Below, one piece after another: positions 63,122 to 64,000 of a stretch of DNA of 64,000 nucleotides (positions are counted from its first letter, which is position 1; the number at the start of each line of letters is the position of its first letter). Under the pieces are notes generated by a model, which did not search any database, was not told the DNA's origin, and saw only the letters and a program-made list of their open reading frames with translations. The position numbers were made by a program, and so were the translations under genes. This DNA is from Camelus ferus (lineage: Eukaryota), in assembly GCF_009834535.1 (NCBI RefSeq), contig NC_045697.1, positions 29,700,001 through 29,764,000 of the forward strand. Direction: 5' to 3'.

Positions 63122-63133
63122 ATGCTGAACAAA
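63122..63133 (+). CDS. UCHL1: UCHL1 exon 2, 12-nt microexon (MLNK)
   Basis: Pyrimidine tract + tttcag|ATGCTGAACAAA|gtgagt; supplies residues 12-15 of UCH-L1, in frame. Confidence 0.95.
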
Positions 63134-63592
63134 GTGAGTGACGTCTCACGCTGCCTCCATCCCCCTCCCCCGGGAGAGCCGAGGAAAAGGCGCCCACCCG
63201 CTCCCGCTGTTTCGCAAGGACAGAGCGGCTCCCTGCGTGGTCGAGAGGCGGTGGGGCTGGGGCGCGGCCGGGGCGCCCTCCCTTTGCCTCTGCCTCTGCA
63301 TCGGAGGCGGCGGTGACTGTGAAACCAGTTGGGGATGGGATGGAGGAGGCTTCGCCCAGATGCGAGCCCGGGGCCGAGCTCCCGAGGGCGTGGCGCGCGC
63401 CCCGCGGACTCGAGTGCCCGGGCGTCGCAGGAGCCACGTGTGGGCTGCGCTTTGTGCTGTGTCATTGCGCCGGCTCGGGTTGGGGGCGGGGGCTCCTCCC
63501 AGGCCCGGGTCGGGGCGCGAGGATCCGAGCCCGCCCTGCCTCTCTGCCACTTGCGGGTCTCCGCGCCTGGCCGCCTTATTTCTTCTCCGCAG

Positions 63593-63721
63593 GTGCTGAC
63601 CCGGCTGGGGGTTACCGGCCAGTGGCGCTTCGCGGACGTGCTGGGACTGGAGGAGGAGACTCTGGGCTCGGTGCCAGCGCCTGCCTGCGCCCTGCTGCTG
63701 CTCTTTCCCCTCACCGCCCAG
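63593..63721 (+). CDS. UCHL1: UCHL1 exon 3 ([43 protein letters not shown]); gene continues beyond the window
   Basis: Acceptor tcttctccgcag|GTG, 129 nt, donor CAG|gtaggg; peptide matches UCH-L1 residues 16-58 and is visible inside ORF 63329..63784. Confidence 0.97.
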
Positions 63722-64000
63722 GTAGGGCGTGGGGCCTGGGGTGCACAGGCCCTGGACTGTGCGCGCTCCCCCAAAGCCGAGTGAGGCTGTGAGGACAGTG
63801 TAGGCCCCACTCCCGTCCTGGCCTGGGCGCCCAGACCTGGTAAAGTTCCCTGTTCTTGTGGGGGATAGAGGGAGAAACTCGCACTTGCAGGGTATCAACT
63901 CACTGGGGGTCCTGTGGTAATAAGAGTTTATCGCCTCCTCGCTCATCCATCCAGCATTGCCTTAAATTTGGAGGAGAAGCAGCATCTCTGTTCCGTTATG

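Larger units (their letters stand above)
62720..63830 (+). promoter_or_regulatory. UCHL1: UCHL1 CpG-island promoter with TATA-like element
   Basis: Dense CpG/GC; TTTATAG at 62894-62900 about 75 nt upstream of the ATG; CRE/AP-1-like TGCGTCA at 62878-62884. Confidence 0.85.

Noticed and set aside
63205..63230. Possible RE1/NRSE site (ggacagagc) in UCHL1 intron 2
   Set aside because: Only the right half-site is partly matched; the TTCAGCACC half is absent.
63118..63946. Minus-strand ORFs of 230 and 266 aa over UCHL1 introns
   Set aside because: GC-rich antisense frames; the real coding signal is the spliced + strand exons.
1..64000. CRISPR arrays, operons, rRNA or other prokaryote-type systems
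   Set aside because: The sequence is clearly mammalian, with spliceosomal introns and mammalian repeats; no repeat-spacer arrays were seen and the RT/endonuclease ORFs are ordinary LINE-1.

Overview
Mammalian genomic DNA, most likely camelid (alpaca/camel lineage), judged from four copies of a tRNA-derived SINE resembling the camelid Vic-1 family and from artiodactyl-type L1 3' ends. The right end holds the CpG-island promoter and first three coding exons of UCHL1 (+ strand; ATG at 62973, 12-nt exon 2, 129-nt exon 3; the gene continues past the window). A CpG island at about 17.2-18.3 kb, with a second at about 19.7-20.5 kb, is most likely the divergent minus-strand promoter region of APBB2. 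That call rests on recalled mammalian synteny only; no APBB2 coding exon is visible, so 1-17 kb would be intron 1. The roughly 45 kb between the promoters is mostly transposon-derived. It contains a full-length 7.1-kb young LINE-1 with a perfect 16-bp TSD and four visible disabling lesions, two 5'-truncated L1s with exact TSDs, older L1M fragments, an ERV-L fossil with protease/RT/integrase remnants plus LTR, solo LTRs, MaLRs, a hAT-Charlie fossil, MER3/5/20, L2, MIR and a probable CR1 remnant. I found no demonstrably new biological system. The best leads are hypotheses: a possible camelid counterpart of the antisense-Uchl1 SINEUP, stress-response motifs clustered in the second CpG island, a spacer ORF overlapping the L1 ORF2 start, and a possible L1 antisense promoter facing APBB2. 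Repeat family names come from recalled consensus sequences, not from a search, and boundaries of old repeats are approximate.
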